Positions 1 through 10,284 are shown, counted from the first letter of the stretch. The stretch: DNA of 64,000 nt from an uncultured Acidobacteriota bacterium (GCA_963713825.1 CAVQNG010000025.1:1-64000), one strand, 5' to 3'. The notes: generated by a model not told the origin, from the letters alone. Numbers and translations are program-made.

Positions 1-257
1 GACTTCGCCCCGTTGGCTGTCTTCGAAAAGAGGCATGATGAGGAATTTTCGACGGGCGAGTGGCCGTGTCGCGCCAGCATATGCCATCTGGTTCGTTGGC
101 CGGAAGCGTTGACGTCCGACCCGCAGGGTCCGTAGCATGTGCCGGCGCTCCGAGATAGGCAAAGTGGCGCGCCACTCGACCAGCTCAGCAGAATTCGAGA
201 AGCAACAAGGTGCCTTCCCCTGGTAGTCTTCGGCAGTCCCCGGGAATCCTGGATCCG

Positions 258-1193
258 ATGCTCGACATGTCACTGATGAAGTACGCGCGGGTCTTCGCCT
301 TCGTGCTGTTGGCGGTGGTGACGATCTATGGAGCCTACGGGTTCTTCACGGGCGATTGGACCTCGGCGGCTGACTTCTGGCGCAGCAAGCTCCCCGTCAT
401 CCCCCTGGTCGCGCTGTTGGCACTGGTGGATGTGGCCCTGGAAGCGATCGGCTGGATGTGGGTCTATCATCGATTCCGCATTCCGGCATTCGACCGCGGT
501 GGCGTGGCTTCCTACTTGTCGTCTCGTGCCGGCCTTCTCCTACCAGCTCAGATGGGGCGTCTGATTCGACCCGACGCCATGGTTCGGCTGGGCAAGGGAA
601 GTCTCAGCGACTGCCTCAAGGCCGAAGCCGTGGCCTTCGTGCTGGATTCGACTTCGGTCTTCGGTCTCCTGGCCGCTCTACTGGCCTTCAAGTACCGTCC
701 GAGCCTGGCGCCTGTCGCAGCGCTGGCCGTGATTGCGAGCGTCTTGTTTCTCGGCAACCGGGTGGCGAAGTTCCTCTCGGGAACCCGACTCGAGCTGCCA
801 ATGGCTTTCTGGTGGCAGTGGTCGACCCTGGCGATCGTTGTCATCGAGATGATTGGCTGGGTGGCCCATGGCGTGGCTCTGTATGTAGTGATTCAAGACC
901 TGCCGGGGGATTTCAGCCTCTTGGACTCTCTGCTCTACGCTCCCGGATCGGCCGTGCTTGGCGTGGCGACAGGGCTGCCGGGAGGCATCGGGGCAACCGA
1001 GGGTTTCCTGGGAGCTTCCATGCGGCTCATGCACATTCCCAGTGAGCACCTGGTTCTCGCCGTCGGTGCCTTTCGACTGATCACCTTCTGGATCTGGATC
1101 CCGATCGGCTGGCTCGCCCTGGGTGCGGTCCGAAGAATATCCCGCGAGCGCCGCCGGGCGGTGCAGAGCGAGACGGAGGTCGTCGGGGCTTGA
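258..1193 (+). CDS. Flippase-like membrane protein (lysylphosphatidylglycerol synthase TM / UPF0104 family)
   Basis: Multi-TM protein with family-like motifs 'LPAQMGRLIR', 'TGLPGGIGATE' and 'FRLITFW'; start uncertain (210/258/276). Confidence 0.75.
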   Translation: MLDMSLMKYARVFAFVLLAVVTIYGAYGFFTGDWTSAADFWRSKLPVIPLVALLALVDVALEAIGWMWVYHRFRIPAFDRGGVASYLSSRAGLLLPAQMGRLIRPDAMVRLGKGSLSDCLKAEAVAFVLDSTSVFGLLAALLAFKYRPSLAPVAALAVIASVLFLGNRVAKFLSGTRLELPMAFWWQWSTLAIVVIEMIGWVAHGVALYVVIQDLPGDFSLLDSLLYAPGSAVLGVATGLPGGIGATEGFLGASMRLMHIPSEHLVLAVGAFRLITFWIWIPIGWLALGAVRRISRERRRAVQSETEVVGA

Positions 1194-1230
1194 CGTTCAG
1201 TTGTTGGCAGTACGGGAGGGCCTTCTCTTC

Positions 1231-2379
1231 ATGAGCAATCGAGTCCAACAGCGCTATTCGTTCTCCGTGCTACGCGAGCGCCTGAGCCGGCACGGACGTC
1301 CGATCGTCAACTTCGCACTTGGCGAGTTCGATCGGAGCCTGCCCGAATCCCTCGCCGAGGAGGTTCAGGCGAGCTCACACCTGATGCTGAAACGGCACTC
1401 GCCGACCGAATTGACAGAATTCTCCGAGGCAGCGGTGGAGTATCTGGCTCGGCAGTACGGTGTCGAAGTCGAGCCCACGGAGATCCTGCCCGTTCCCGGT
1501 GGGCGCTCTGCGATGACAGCGATGGCCTCTTGTGTTATGGAGCCTGGCAACGGAGTCGTCGTTACGGAGCCCGGCTATCCGGTCTTTGCCCGCCTTGCCA
1601 CGCATCACCACGCGAGAATACTCGTGGCGTCACTCGACCCGGATCGGGAGTTCGCGCCCGGGCTGGATGAGATTTCCAGGGCGGACGCCGAATCGGTTCG
1701 CCTGGTTGCTTTGAACTATCCGAACAACCCTACCGGAGCTGTCATCTCGGAAGAGGTCGCGATTGCACTGGAAGGGCGATTCGAGCCAGAGACGGTGCTC
1801 TTCAACGATGCTATCTATGGGCCGTTGACCCACGAAGGAACAGCCCACTCGATACTCGGGAAGGACCTTTCAGGGGTCCAGGAGTACAGAGCCTTGGAGC
1901 TCCACTCTCTCTCGAAGCTCTTCCCACTGGGGCCGCTGGGTATTGCTTTCCTGGTGGGATCCGCGCCGCTCATCGAGGAGATGCGGCATTTCACGGAATT
2001 TGCCTGGTCGCCGCCCAGCTCGCTGCAGATGCGAGCCACGATGCGGTGCTTCCAGAGTACGGATCACATCGCTGAGATTCGGCAGTACTTTCAGGCGAGG
2101 CTGGAGCGCCTGAGGAGGACGCTGGTGGAGGTCGGTTTCGAACCGTATCCGACGCCAGGCGGCATGTACCTTCTCTGCAAGGCGCCAGCGGTCGTCGGAG
2201 GCGTGGCGACTCCCACGGGACAGTCGGCGGCAGATGTCTTGTTGGACGAGTTCGATCTCGCGGTCGTCGCTTGGGACAGACCACCCCACGGCTATCTGCG
2301 ATTCTCCTCCCTGTACAGCGAAGAGGACTTGCGAACTCTCGAAGAGCTGGGGGACCGACTAGCTCTGTCCGGCCGCTGA
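1231..2379 (+). CDS. PLP-dependent aminotransferase class I/II
   Basis: 'EPGYPVF', 'LNYPNNPTGA', 'NDAIY', 'HSLSK' (PLP Lys), 'YLRFS'. Confidence 0.85.
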   Translation: MSNRVQQRYSFSVLRERLSRHGRPIVNFALGEFDRSLPESLAEEVQASSHLMLKRHSPTELTEFSEAAVEYLARQYGVEVEPTEILPVPGGRSAMTAMASCVMEPGNGVVVTEPGYPVFARLATHHHARILVASLDPDREFAPGLDEISRADAESVRLVALNYPNNPTGAVISEEVAIALEGRFEPETVLFNDAIYGPLTHEGTAHSILGKDLSGVQEYRALELHSLSKLFPLGPLGIAFLVGSAPLIEEMRHFTEFAWSPPSSLQMRATMRCFQSTDHIAEIRQYFQARLERLRRTLVEVGFEPYPTPGGMYLLCKAPAVVGGVATPTGQSAADVLLDEFDLAVVAWDRPPHGYLRFSSLYSEEDLRTLEELGDRLALSGR

Positions 2380-3597
2380 GGCCCGTCTCATCTCATAGAC
2401 CTCGCAGACCTTCTCGAAGACCTGGTCGACGTTGATGTGCTGCATGCAGACGTTGTCTTTGCAGGGGGACCAGCGGTCGTTGAAGGCGTTGACACACGGA
2501 CTACAGTCGATGCCGGCCCAGAAAATGTGGCTGCGAGGCGAGCGCGAGCCAAACGACGAGGGCGTTTCAGGGCCGAAAAGGGTGATGACGTCGATCGGTG
2601 TCAAATTGGAGTAGTGCGCCGGACCACTGTCATTCGTGACCATGAGCTCGGAAAGGCAGTACAGAACCAAGAGCTGGCGCAGGGTCGTATGTCCGCCAAA
2701 GCTCACGCATCGATCCGAGCCGATGGCGTCCGCCACCCTCTGAGCCCCAGCGGCCTCTTCGGGCGATCCGGTGAGGCCGATGGCCACTTCCGGGTAGCGT
2801 TCCAGGATGCGACAGGCCAGGTCGACATATCTCTCGGTCGGCCAGCGTCGCAGCGGCAGCAGGTCACCCGTGTTGGCGTTCAGCAGAATCAGAGGGGGCT
2901 GAGTCGGCTGATCCAGGAGTCGCTCGGCAATCTTCCGGACCTCGAGAAGCTCTTCGGCCGTCGGCTCGAAGGGTGGTGCCGGCTCCTCCTCGAGCGGGCC
3001 GAGGTCGAGGACCGGCAGGCGTTCGGGTGGCAGAAACAGGGCTTCGACGAGAACTCGGAACACCTCTACGGCGTGGAGTCGTGCGTTGTACACCAGGCGA
3101 TGAGTGCAGAGATCGCCGCGGTAGGCCCCCTCGCCAGCGAACGAGTGGTACCCGACTCGGCGGGAAGCGCCGCTGAGATAGGCTAGGATCGCGGAGGCGT
3201 GGGCGAAAAATTCGAAGTCGACCGCTGAATCGATGCCTTCGCGATGGCACCGCCGAACGGCGCTGAAGGCGTCGAGGATGACTCGTCCGAGGCCAGTCGT
3301 GCGGATGGTAATAACGTTCTCGGGTGGAATGACGTGAAGCAAATCGAGGATGAAACGGTTCTCAGCGAAGACAGCTACGAAGACGTTCTCGCGACCCACT
3401 GCCTCGACGGCCCGGCGCAACGAGGAGTAGGCCAGTACGGTCGCTCCTTGCTCGGCGAGCTTGACGATGAGAATGCGGCGAGGCTTGTCGGGAGGCTGGC
3501 GGCGAAACGGATCGGTCAGCCGACGGACGAGAGTCAACAGAGCGCAGACTGGAGTACCCAGCCATCGATCCACCACCCGCATGGTTGTGACTTCCAT
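2359..3597 (-). CDS. Glycosyltransferase family 9 (heptosyltransferase-like)
   Basis: 'RRWP', 'VTNDSGPAH', 'LFGPET', 'CSPC...C...CM' GT9 motifs; divergent from the heptose operon. Confidence 0.85.
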   Translation of the reverse strand: MEVTTMRVVDRWLGTPVCALLTLVRRLTDPFRRQPPDKPRRILIVKLAEQGATVLAYSSLRRAVEAVGRENVFVAVFAENRFILDLLHVIPPENVITIRTTGLGRVILDAFSAVRRCHREGIDSAVDFEFFAHASAILAYLSGASRRVGYHSFAGEGAYRGDLCTHRLVYNARLHAVEVFRVLVEALFLPPERLPVLDLGPLEEEPAPPFEPTAEELLEVRKIAERLLDQPTQPPLILLNANTGDLLPLRRWPTERYVDLACRILERYPEVAIGLTGSPEEAAGAQRVADAIGSDRCVSFGGHTTLRQLLVLYCLSELMVTNDSGPAHYSNLTPIDVITLFGPETPSSFGSRSPRSHIFWAGIDCSPCVNAFNDRWSPCKDNVCMQHINVDQVFEKVCEVYEMRRASAAGQS

Positions 3598-3758
3598 CGA
3601 ATTCGCCTCTCGCTGGTGGCCTATTCGATCACACCTCGCCAAGCAGCGCGACCGGCCTGGAAACGCGGCAGGCCCGAGGTGAGGAGCCGTTCGAGATCAT
3701 GGCCCCAAGAAGGTGACTGAATTCGGGTGGAAGGTTTCGTAGTGAGAGGAGAGCTAGC

Positions 3759-4715
3759 GTGATTGTCGTCACAGGTGGTGCGGGTTTTATTGGCAGCAAC
3801 TTGGTCCATGAGCTCAATGAGACCGGGCAGAGCGACATCCTGGTAGTGGACAACCTGACCGCGGCCGAGAAGTTTCGCAATCTGGTCCGGGCGCGTATCA
3901 CCGATTATCAGGACAAGGAGGACTTCGCCAAGGCGCTGCGGGGCTCTTCTGCCTGGTTGGATCAGATCGAGATGGTGCTCCACCAGGGAGCCTGCTCATC
4001 GACGACGGAGACTGACGGTCGATACATGCTGCGCAACAACTACGAGTACTCCAAAGAGCTCCTGGAGTTCTGCCTCGAGAGGAAGATTCCCTTCATCTAC
4101 GCTTCGTCCGCAGCCGTCTATGGTGCCGGAAGCCCCTTCAGGGAGGAGCCGGGTACGGAAAATCCGCTCAACGTCTACGGCTACTCGAAGGCGCTCTTCG
4201 ATTCCCTCGTCTTGCGCTTGTTGCCCGGCGCCGCGAGTCAGGTCGTGGGGCTCCGATACTTCAACGTCTATGGCCCGAGAGAAGCCCACAAGGGCCCCAT
4301 GGCCAGCATCGTTCTCCAGCTCGACGATCAGTTGAGCCGCGGTGACAAGGTGCGGTTGTTTGGTCCAACGCGAGGCTATGAGGCAGGGGAGCAGCGACGG
4401 GATTTCATCTTCGTCAAGGATGTCGTGCGCGTCGCCCTCTGGTTTCGGTCGAACCCGGACAAATCGGGCATCTTCAATTGTGGCACCGGTAGCAGCAGGA
4501 CCTTCAATGAAGTCGCCAGCCAGGTCATCCGCACCCGGGGTCACGGGGAGATCGAGTACATTCCGTTTCCCGATTCGCTGCGTGGCCACTACCAGAGCTA
4601 CACGGAAGCGGATCTCACACAGCTCCGGGAGTGCGGCTATACCCAGGAGTTCGTGCCCTTGGAGGAGGGTATTCGGGAGTACCTCCTGTGGCGCACCGAT
4701 GCAGGCGAAGTATGA
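3759..4715 (+). CDS. hldD: ADP-L-glycero-D-manno-heptose 6-epimerase
   Basis: 'IVVTGGAGFIGSNLV', 'HQGACSSTTE', 'YGYSK', 'RYFNVYGPREAHKG', 'YQSYTEAD'. Confidence 0.95.
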   Translation: MIVVTGGAGFIGSNLVHELNETGQSDILVVDNLTAAEKFRNLVRARITDYQDKEDFAKALRGSSAWLDQIEMVLHQGACSSTTETDGRYMLRNNYEYSKELLEFCLERKIPFIYASSAAVYGAGSPFREEPGTENPLNVYGYSKALFDSLVLRLLPGAASQVVGLRYFNVYGPREAHKGPMASIVLQLDDQLSRGDKVRLFGPTRGYEAGEQRRDFIFVKDVVRVALWFRSNPDKSGIFNCGTGSSRTFNEVASQVIRTRGHGEIEYIPFPDSLRGHYQSYTEADLTQLRECGYTQEFVPLEEGIREYLLWRTDAGEV

Positions 4716-5287
4716 ACGGTGTTGATGCCTCCCGGGGCTCGGACTCTCCCATCCGCCATGTCATTCTGGACCGGGACGGAGTCCTGAATCGTGAGCTGGA
4801 GAAAGGCTGGCTGACGGACCCTGATCTGTGGGTGTGGGAACCGGGCGCCCTCGAGGCCCTGGGTGTCTGGTCCGCTCACGGGACTCGGATCTCAGTGGCT
4901 ACGAATCAGTCCGGAATCGGTCGAGGAGTGGCCTCGAGTGGGGCCGTCGATGCGGTCCATGAGTGGCTCCGTCGCGAGCTCAATGCGCTGGGCGTCGACC
5001 TGGTGGGGATTTTCGTCTGCCCGCACGCACCAGACGAGGGCTGCGAGTGTCGGAAGCCGGAACCAGGGCTGATTCGGCGGGCGGTCGAGGCGAGCGGTAT
5101 TCCTGAAGAGGAAACCATGGTCATAGGCGACGATCTTCGCGATCTCGCGGCTGGGCGGGCGGCGGGCCTTCGAGTTGGCCTGGTGCTGACGGGCAAGGGC
5201 AGTCGAGTCAGAGACAGTGTCGATGAGGATGCGTTACTCTTCAAGAACCTGATCGAGGCTGCGACGAGGACCGTGACTCGTAGTTGA
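4712..5287 (+). CDS. gmhB: D,D-heptose 1,7-bisphosphate phosphatase (HAD)
   Basis: 'LDRDGVLN', 'TNQSGIGRG', 'CPH..CECRKPEPG', 'IGD'; ATGA overlap with hldD. Confidence 0.92.
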   Translation: MNGVDASRGSDSPIRHVILDRDGVLNRELEKGWLTDPDLWVWEPGALEALGVWSAHGTRISVATNQSGIGRGVASSGAVDAVHEWLRRELNALGVDLVGIFVCPHAPDEGCECRKPEPGLIRRAVEASGIPEEETMVIGDDLRDLAAGRAAGLRVGLVLTGKGSRVRDSVDEDALLFKNLIEAATRTVTRS

Positions 5288-5321
5288 GCAAGTTCGTTCG
5301 GGCCACCGACAGGAGCGCTAG

Positions 5322-5906
5322 GTGTTGCAAGAGATATTCGACGAACATGCCCAGGTCTTCGAGGAGGCTCGAGGGCGGCTTTTACCTGAGCTTCAACAGG
5401 CCGCAGAGCTCGCCGAAGCCTGCCTTGCCGACGGGCATCGGGTGTTGGTCTTCGGCAACGGGGGTAGCGCCGCGGATGCCCAGCATTTCGCCGCCGAGCT
5501 GGTGGGTCGCTTCGAACAGGACAGGAGGGCCTTGCCGGCGGTTGCCCTGACCGTGGACTCTTCTCTGTTGACCGCCGTTGGTAACGATCACGGCTTCGAT
5601 CAGATCTTCGCGAGGCAGGTGGAAGCTCTCGGGGCCCCGGGCGATCTCCTCGTGGCGATCAGCACCAGCGGCAACTCTGCGAACGTCCTCCGCGCTGCCG
5701 AGAAGGGGCGCGAAATGGGCTGCCGCTCGATCGGCTTTACCGGTGAGGATGGTGGCGAGCTGGCGGATCGAGTCGATGTGCTGATCGCGGTCCCTTCCAG
5801 AACGGTTGCCAGAATTCAGGAAGTTCACGAGCTCTGCCTGCACGCCCTTGCAGCCTGGCTCGAGAGGCGTCTGTGCTCCGAAACGGAATGGGAGGGGCGC
5901 GAGTGA
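5322..5906 (+). CDS. gmhA: D-sedoheptulose 7-phosphate isomerase
   Basis: 'FGNGGSAADAQHFAAEL', 'ISTSGNS', 'RIQEVH'. Confidence 0.95.
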   Translation: MLQEIFDEHAQVFEEARGRLLPELQQAAELAEACLADGHRVLVFGNGGSAADAQHFAAELVGRFEQDRRALPAVALTVDSSLLTAVGNDHGFDQIFARQVEALGAPGDLLVAISTSGNSANVLRAAEKGREMGCRSIGFTGEDGGELADRVDVLIAVPSRTVARIQEVHELCLHALAAWLERRLCSETEWEGRE

Positions 5907-7381
5907 CCGATTCAGTGACACTGTCACATGGCAGCGTGGCGCAACTCCTGGAGCGCTTCCGGGAGCTGCGAATCGTCGTTGTCGGCGATGTCATGTTGGA
6001 CGAGTACTTTCACGGCTCGGTGGAGCGAGCCTCCCCGGAAGCTCCAGTCCCTGTCGTCAAGATGGGTGAAGAGTCGCGCGGCCTCGGGGGCGCGGCCAAC
6101 GTCGCGAGTGTGGCCGCAGCGCTCGGTGCCGGAGTGGAGCTGCTGGGCGTCGTCGGGGACGATGCGGCCGGTGAGCGGTTTGTGGCCGAGTGCACCAAGG
6201 CGGGTATCGACGCGAAGAATGTCGTCAAAGTCGCCGATCGGCCTACGACGCGCAAGTTGAGAATTCTGGCCCAGCACCAACAGGTTGTCCGCCTGGATTG
6301 GGAAGATTCCCGACCTCTCGATGAGAGTGTCGGCTTGGGCCTGGTGGATGAACTGCGGGCGGGCGAGCCAGCCGACGCGATCGTCATCAGCGATTACTCC
6401 AAAGGCTTTCTCTCACCGACGGTTTTGGGAGGGCTGATTGCCGTGGGTCGTCAGTGGGGTGTACCGATCCTGGTCGACCCGAAATCCTCCGACCTGACTC
6501 GCTACAGGGGCGCCACGGTTCTCAAGCCCAACGTTCACGAGCTCGAGGCGGTGATCGGACGCAGGCTGAAGGAGGACTTGGAGGCCGATCTCACCGCCGT
6601 GAGCGGCTCGTTGCTGGAGACCGCCGATGTGGAAGCCCTGATTGTCACCCTGGGCGAGAAGGGAATGGGTGTGTTCTCTCGTCAGGCAGAGCCCTTCTTC
6701 GTGCCGACCTCCGTCAGAGAGGTCTTCGACGTCAGTGGCGCCGGCGATACGGTCATCGCTGCCCTGGCTTTGAGCCTGGCGGCGGGAGCCAGTTTTCACG
6801 ACGCGGTGCATGTCGCGAACGAGGCCGCTGGGATCGCCGTCGGTAAGAGTGGTGTGGCTATCGTCGAGCCCAAGGAGCTGGCGTCTCGCTTCGCCCCTGG
6901 AGGTGGCGACAAGATCCTCTCGAGGCAGGAGCTCGTCAATCGGGTTGCCTGGTGGAGGATGCAGGATCAGAAGGTGGTCCTCACCAACGGTTGCTTCGAC
7001 CTCCTCCATGTCGGTCACGTGCATCTGCTGCGGGAGGCCGCGGCGCAGGGCGATGTCCTGATCGTCGCCATCAACAGCGACGACTCGGTGCGACGCCTCA
7101 AGGGTGGCAACCGGCCGCTGATCGCGGCCGATGAACGGGCGGCGCTTCTTGCCGCCTTGAACAGTGTCGATTCGGTGGTGGTTTTCGACGAGGACACGCC
7201 AAGAGAATTGCTCGAGGAGGTGCGACCCGACATTCTCGTCAAGGGTGGCGACTATCGTGAGGACCAGGTCGTCGGTCGGAGAATGATCGCCGACTGGGGC
7301 GGCTCGGTCGTTCTCATCCCCTTGGTGCCGGATCGCTCCACCAGCGGCCTCGTCGAGCGCATCCGATCCATGGATTCCTGA
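5903..7381 (+). CDS. hldE: Bifunctional heptose-7-P kinase / heptose-1-P adenylyltransferase
   Basis: PfkB domain ('GDVMLD', 'GGAANVA', 'DVSGAGDTV') fused to a cytidyltransferase domain ('TNGCFDLLHVGH', 'LVKGGDY'). Confidence 0.95.
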   Translation: MTDSVTLSHGSVAQLLERFRELRIVVVGDVMLDEYFHGSVERASPEAPVPVVKMGEESRGLGGAANVASVAAALGAGVELLGVVGDDAAGERFVAECTKAGIDAKNVVKVADRPTTRKLRILAQHQQVVRLDWEDSRPLDESVGLGLVDELRAGEPADAIVISDYSKGFLSPTVLGGLIAVGRQWGVPILVDPKSSDLTRYRGATVLKPNVHELEAVIGRRLKEDLEADLTAVSGSLLETADVEALIVTLGEKGMGVFSRQAEPFFVPTSVREVFDVSGAGDTVIAALALSLAAGASFHDAVHVANEAAGIAVGKSGVAIVEPKELASRFAPGGGDKILSRQELVNRVAWWRMQDQKVVLTNGCFDLLHVGHVHLLREAAAQGDVLIVAINSDDSVRRLKGGNRPLIAADERAALLAALNSVDSVVVFDEDTPRELLEEVRPDILVKGGDYREDQVVGRRMIADWGGSVVLIPLVPDRSTSGLVERIRSMDS

Positions 7382-7394
7382 GTCGCGTCGCGTC

Positions 7395-8141
7395 ATGAGC
7401 AAGCTGATTCCAGAGCTTTCTGCCTTGATGCCCGCCTACAACGAGGAGGAGGTCCTGGACTCCTCGATCTCGGAGGCGGTCGGCGCCCTCGATGATCTGT
7501 GTCAGACATGGGAGCTGGTCATCGTCGATGATGGCTCCACCGACGCGACTCCCGAGATCCTCAGAGAATGGAGCGGTCGGGACCCACGGGTTCAGGCCGT
7601 CACCCAACCAGAGAATTCGGGCTACAGTCGTGCCCTCATTGATGGCTTCGCCGCTTGTCGATACGAAGTGATCTTCTACACGGATGCGGATGCGCAGTTC
7701 GATCTCGGGCACATCGCTGATCTGTACCCTCATCTGGCTGCAGCCGAGATGGTTTCTGGGTACCGCGTCGGGAGGCAGGACAGACCCGTCCGACATCTCA
7801 CCTCCGCGGTTTACAACTGGTTGCAAGCCCGAATGCTTGGACTCCGCGTCAAAGACGTCAACTGCGCCTTCAAGCTCTTCCGCCGCTCCTTCTTCAATCA
7901 AGTCGAGCTGTCCAGCGACGGCTTCTTGATTGACGCCGAGCTCTACGCGAGGGCTCAGAGCGCCGGACTCTCCTGGCGTCAGGTGGGCGTTCCACACCGG
8001 CCGCGGCTCAGCGGTACCACGACGGTCAGCGTTTCTACAGTGTTCGAGACACTTCGAGAACTGAGAGCCCTGAAGAAGAGCCTCGGCGAGACGGTGGTGG
8101 CACCACGGGACCCGGAGCAGGAAGGTCCGCTTTCATCATAG
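7395..8141 (+). CDS. Glycosyltransferase family 2 (polyprenol-phosphate sugar synthase-like)
   Basis: 'PAYNEE', 'VDDGSTDAT', 'TDADAQF', 'DVNCAFKLFRR'. Confidence 0.9.
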   Translation: MSKLIPELSALMPAYNEEEVLDSSISEAVGALDDLCQTWELVIVDDGSTDATPEILREWSGRDPRVQAVTQPENSGYSRALIDGFAACRYEVIFYTDADAQFDLGHIADLYPHLAAAEMVSGYRVGRQDRPVRHLTSAVYNWLQARMLGLRVKDVNCAFKLFRRSFFNQVELSSDGFLIDAELYARAQSAGLSWRQVGVPHRPRLSGTTTVSVSTVFETLRELRALKKSLGETVVAPRDPEQEGPLSS

Positions 8142-9664
8142 TGAAGAGCCGATATCTTCTGCTCGTCGTCGGGCTGACCCTGATCCATGCCATCGGGAGT
8201 GCGCTGGCTCCCGTTTCAGGAGACGAGGCCTATTACTGGGATTGCTCCAGACATCTCGACTGGAGCTACTTCGATCAGCCACCTCTCACGATCTGGCTGA
8301 TGATCCCGTTTCGGTTGCTCTTTGGTGAGACGGCTTTGGCGGTTCGTTCGCCGGCGATTCTCGCCGGCCTTCTGGCGGGCCTCTTTCTGCTGCCGTTGGT
8401 TCGCCGCCTGGGTGGCACGGAGCGCGATGCGTCGGTGGTCTACCTTCTCTTGCACGCTCAGCCGATCTTCGCGCTGGGCTTTTCCTACACCTCCACCGAT
8501 GTGGTGATGGGAACCGCGTATCTCGGAGCGATCTGGGCGGCGGTAGCGGTTGCGCAGGGTCATCGGCCTGCCTGGTGGGGACTGGGGTTGGCTCTCGGCA
8601 TCGGCTTCCTGGCGAAGTTCTCCATCGTCGTGGCTTTCTTGCCCGCCGCGGTCGCGCTCACGTCGCCGAAAGCGCGAGCCGATTTGAAGACGATCACCCC
8701 TTGGGCGGCCGCCCTGCTCTCGATGCTCGTGACCCTGCCAGTCTGGATCTGGGGTGCGCAGCACGATTGGGACAACATCGTCTTCCAACTCAGTGGCCGG
8801 CACTCACCAGAGGGGATCGGTCTCAAGTATCTCTTCGAGTTCATTGGCGCCAATCTTCTCCTGGCCTCACCGATCCTCGCCGTTCTACTGGTGGGAAGCT
8901 GTTGGCCGGCATGGAAACGCCAGGACCCGGCCTGGAAGGTAGCGGTCGCAGGAGCAGTGGCGCCGTTTGTATTCTTCGGGCTCGTGGCTCTTCGGACCAG
9001 GGTTGGTGCGCACTGGGGTGGCCCCGGACTCATGATGATGACGGTGCTTCTGGTGCTCACCGGTTTTGGCGGCGATCGGATGCGAAGAATCGGGGCGGTT
9101 GTCGGGTTCTCGATCACAGGCTTGGTGTTGGTGCTGGCTCTCTCGGCGCCGCTCTTTCTCAACTTCGAATGGGAGTACAAGCCGAGGCCCGAGAAGATCT
9201 CGTCCGAGAAGCTGGCTCGAGCGTTTGGTACCGACCAACTAGTGGCTGGGGTCCGACAGCGAAGAGACCGATGGGCTCGAGAGATTGGCGTATCTCCCGA
9301 TTCGATCTATGTTGGCTCGGAGAGCTACACGAAGACCCATCTCTCGGCCTTTGTGTCCGGGGGCGAGCTCGAAAGTCGGTTTCTGCATATCAAGGGTGGC
9401 AAACACGGCTTGGCCTCGCTCTACTGGTATCCACCCGAGGACTTCGAGGGCCGTCGGATCCTGTTCTTCACTGAGAATCCGGGGCAGGAGGAGAATCTCA
9501 GGCAGCACTTTCGCAAGGTCGAGGTCGAACCGCCGGTGGTGATTCCCATCGGCAAGGCCGGCCAACGCTCATTTGTCATCGTCCGTTGTGAGGACCCGAT
9601 CGATCCTCGACCGTTTCTCACCCGCTTGACCCGTTCCAACCGCCAACGCGAATCCCGCCCCTGA
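8141..9664 (+). CDS. ArnT/PMT-like GT-C glycosyltransferase (GT39/GT83)
   Basis: 'DEAYYW', 'YFDQPP', 'LAKFS' and multiple TM helices. Confidence 0.85.
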   Translation: MKSRYLLLVVGLTLIHAIGSALAPVSGDEAYYWDCSRHLDWSYFDQPPLTIWLMIPFRLLFGETALAVRSPAILAGLLAGLFLLPLVRRLGGTERDASVVYLLLHAQPIFALGFSYTSTDVVMGTAYLGAIWAAVAVAQGHRPAWWGLGLALGIGFLAKFSIVVAFLPAAVALTSPKARADLKTITPWAAALLSMLVTLPVWIWGAQHDWDNIVFQLSGRHSPEGIGLKYLFEFIGANLLLASPILAVLLVGSCWPAWKRQDPAWKVAVAGAVAPFVFFGLVALRTRVGAHWGGPGLMMMTVLLVLTGFGGDRMRRIGAVVGFSITGLVLVLALSAPLFLNFEWEYKPRPEKISSEKLARAFGTDQLVAGVRQRRDRWAREIGVSPDSIYVGSESYTKTHLSAFVSGGELESRFLHIKGGKHGLASLYWYPPEDFEGRRILFFTENPGQEENLRQHFRKVEVEPPVVIPIGKAGQRSFVIVRCEDPIDPRPFLTRLTRSNRQRESRP

Positions 9665-9753
9665 AATCCCACCCGTGCGGGTGGTGTAGGGAGCTCGCCG
9701 AGTCGAGTAGGCTGGGTGCTCGAAAGAGTCGAACCGCACGGCGAGGAGGAACC

Positions 9754-10230
9754 ATGTCTAAAAGAAGTGTCGAGCTACTCAATCGTGCCTTGCAGGAGGA
9801 ACTCTCAGCAGTGCACCAGTACATGTATTTTCACTTTCACCTGGACGATCTCGGCTACGGCCCCCTGGCTAGCCTGATGAAGCGCACAGCCATCCAGGAA
9901 ATGGTCCACAATGAACAGTTGGCCGAGAGAATTCTCTTCCTGGGTGGTGAGGTGGAGATGGAGGTCTCCGACCCGGTCCAGAAGATTCACGATGCCAAGC
10001 AGATGCTCGAGCGGGCGAAAGCCATGGAGCTGGCGAGTGCCGCGTTCTACAACGAGGCTGCGCAGGAGTGTGCCAAGAACGCCGATGCCGCGTCGAAGAA
10101 GATCTTCGAGGATCTGGTCGCCGATGAAGAGGGCCACGCCGATACGTTCGACCAGCAGATCCAGTTCATCGAGCGTTTCGGCGAGCGATTTCTGGCCTTG
10201 CAGTCGATCCAGCAGGGTGCCGAGGAGTAG
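9754..10230 (+). CDS. bfr: Bacterioferritin
   Basis: 'EELSAVHQY', 'EMVH' (haem-ligand Met), 'ERILFLGG', 'DEEGH'; RBS GAGGAGGA. Confidence 0.92.
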   Translation: MSKRSVELLNRALQEELSAVHQYMYFHFHLDDLGYGPLASLMKRTAIQEMVHNEQLAERILFLGGEVEMEVSDPVQKIHDAKQMLERAKAMELASAAFYNEAAQECAKNADAASKKIFEDLVADEEGHADTFDQQIQFIERFGERFLALQSIQQGAEE

Positions 10231-10284
10231 GCCCACAGGGGTCCAGACCCTACCTCTAGAGCTTCAGGACTCCCTCCGCTCGGA

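Noticed and set aside
9669-9684. Hairpin after the ArnT-like gene as an intrinsic terminator
   Set aside because: Short stem with no U-tract; insufficient support
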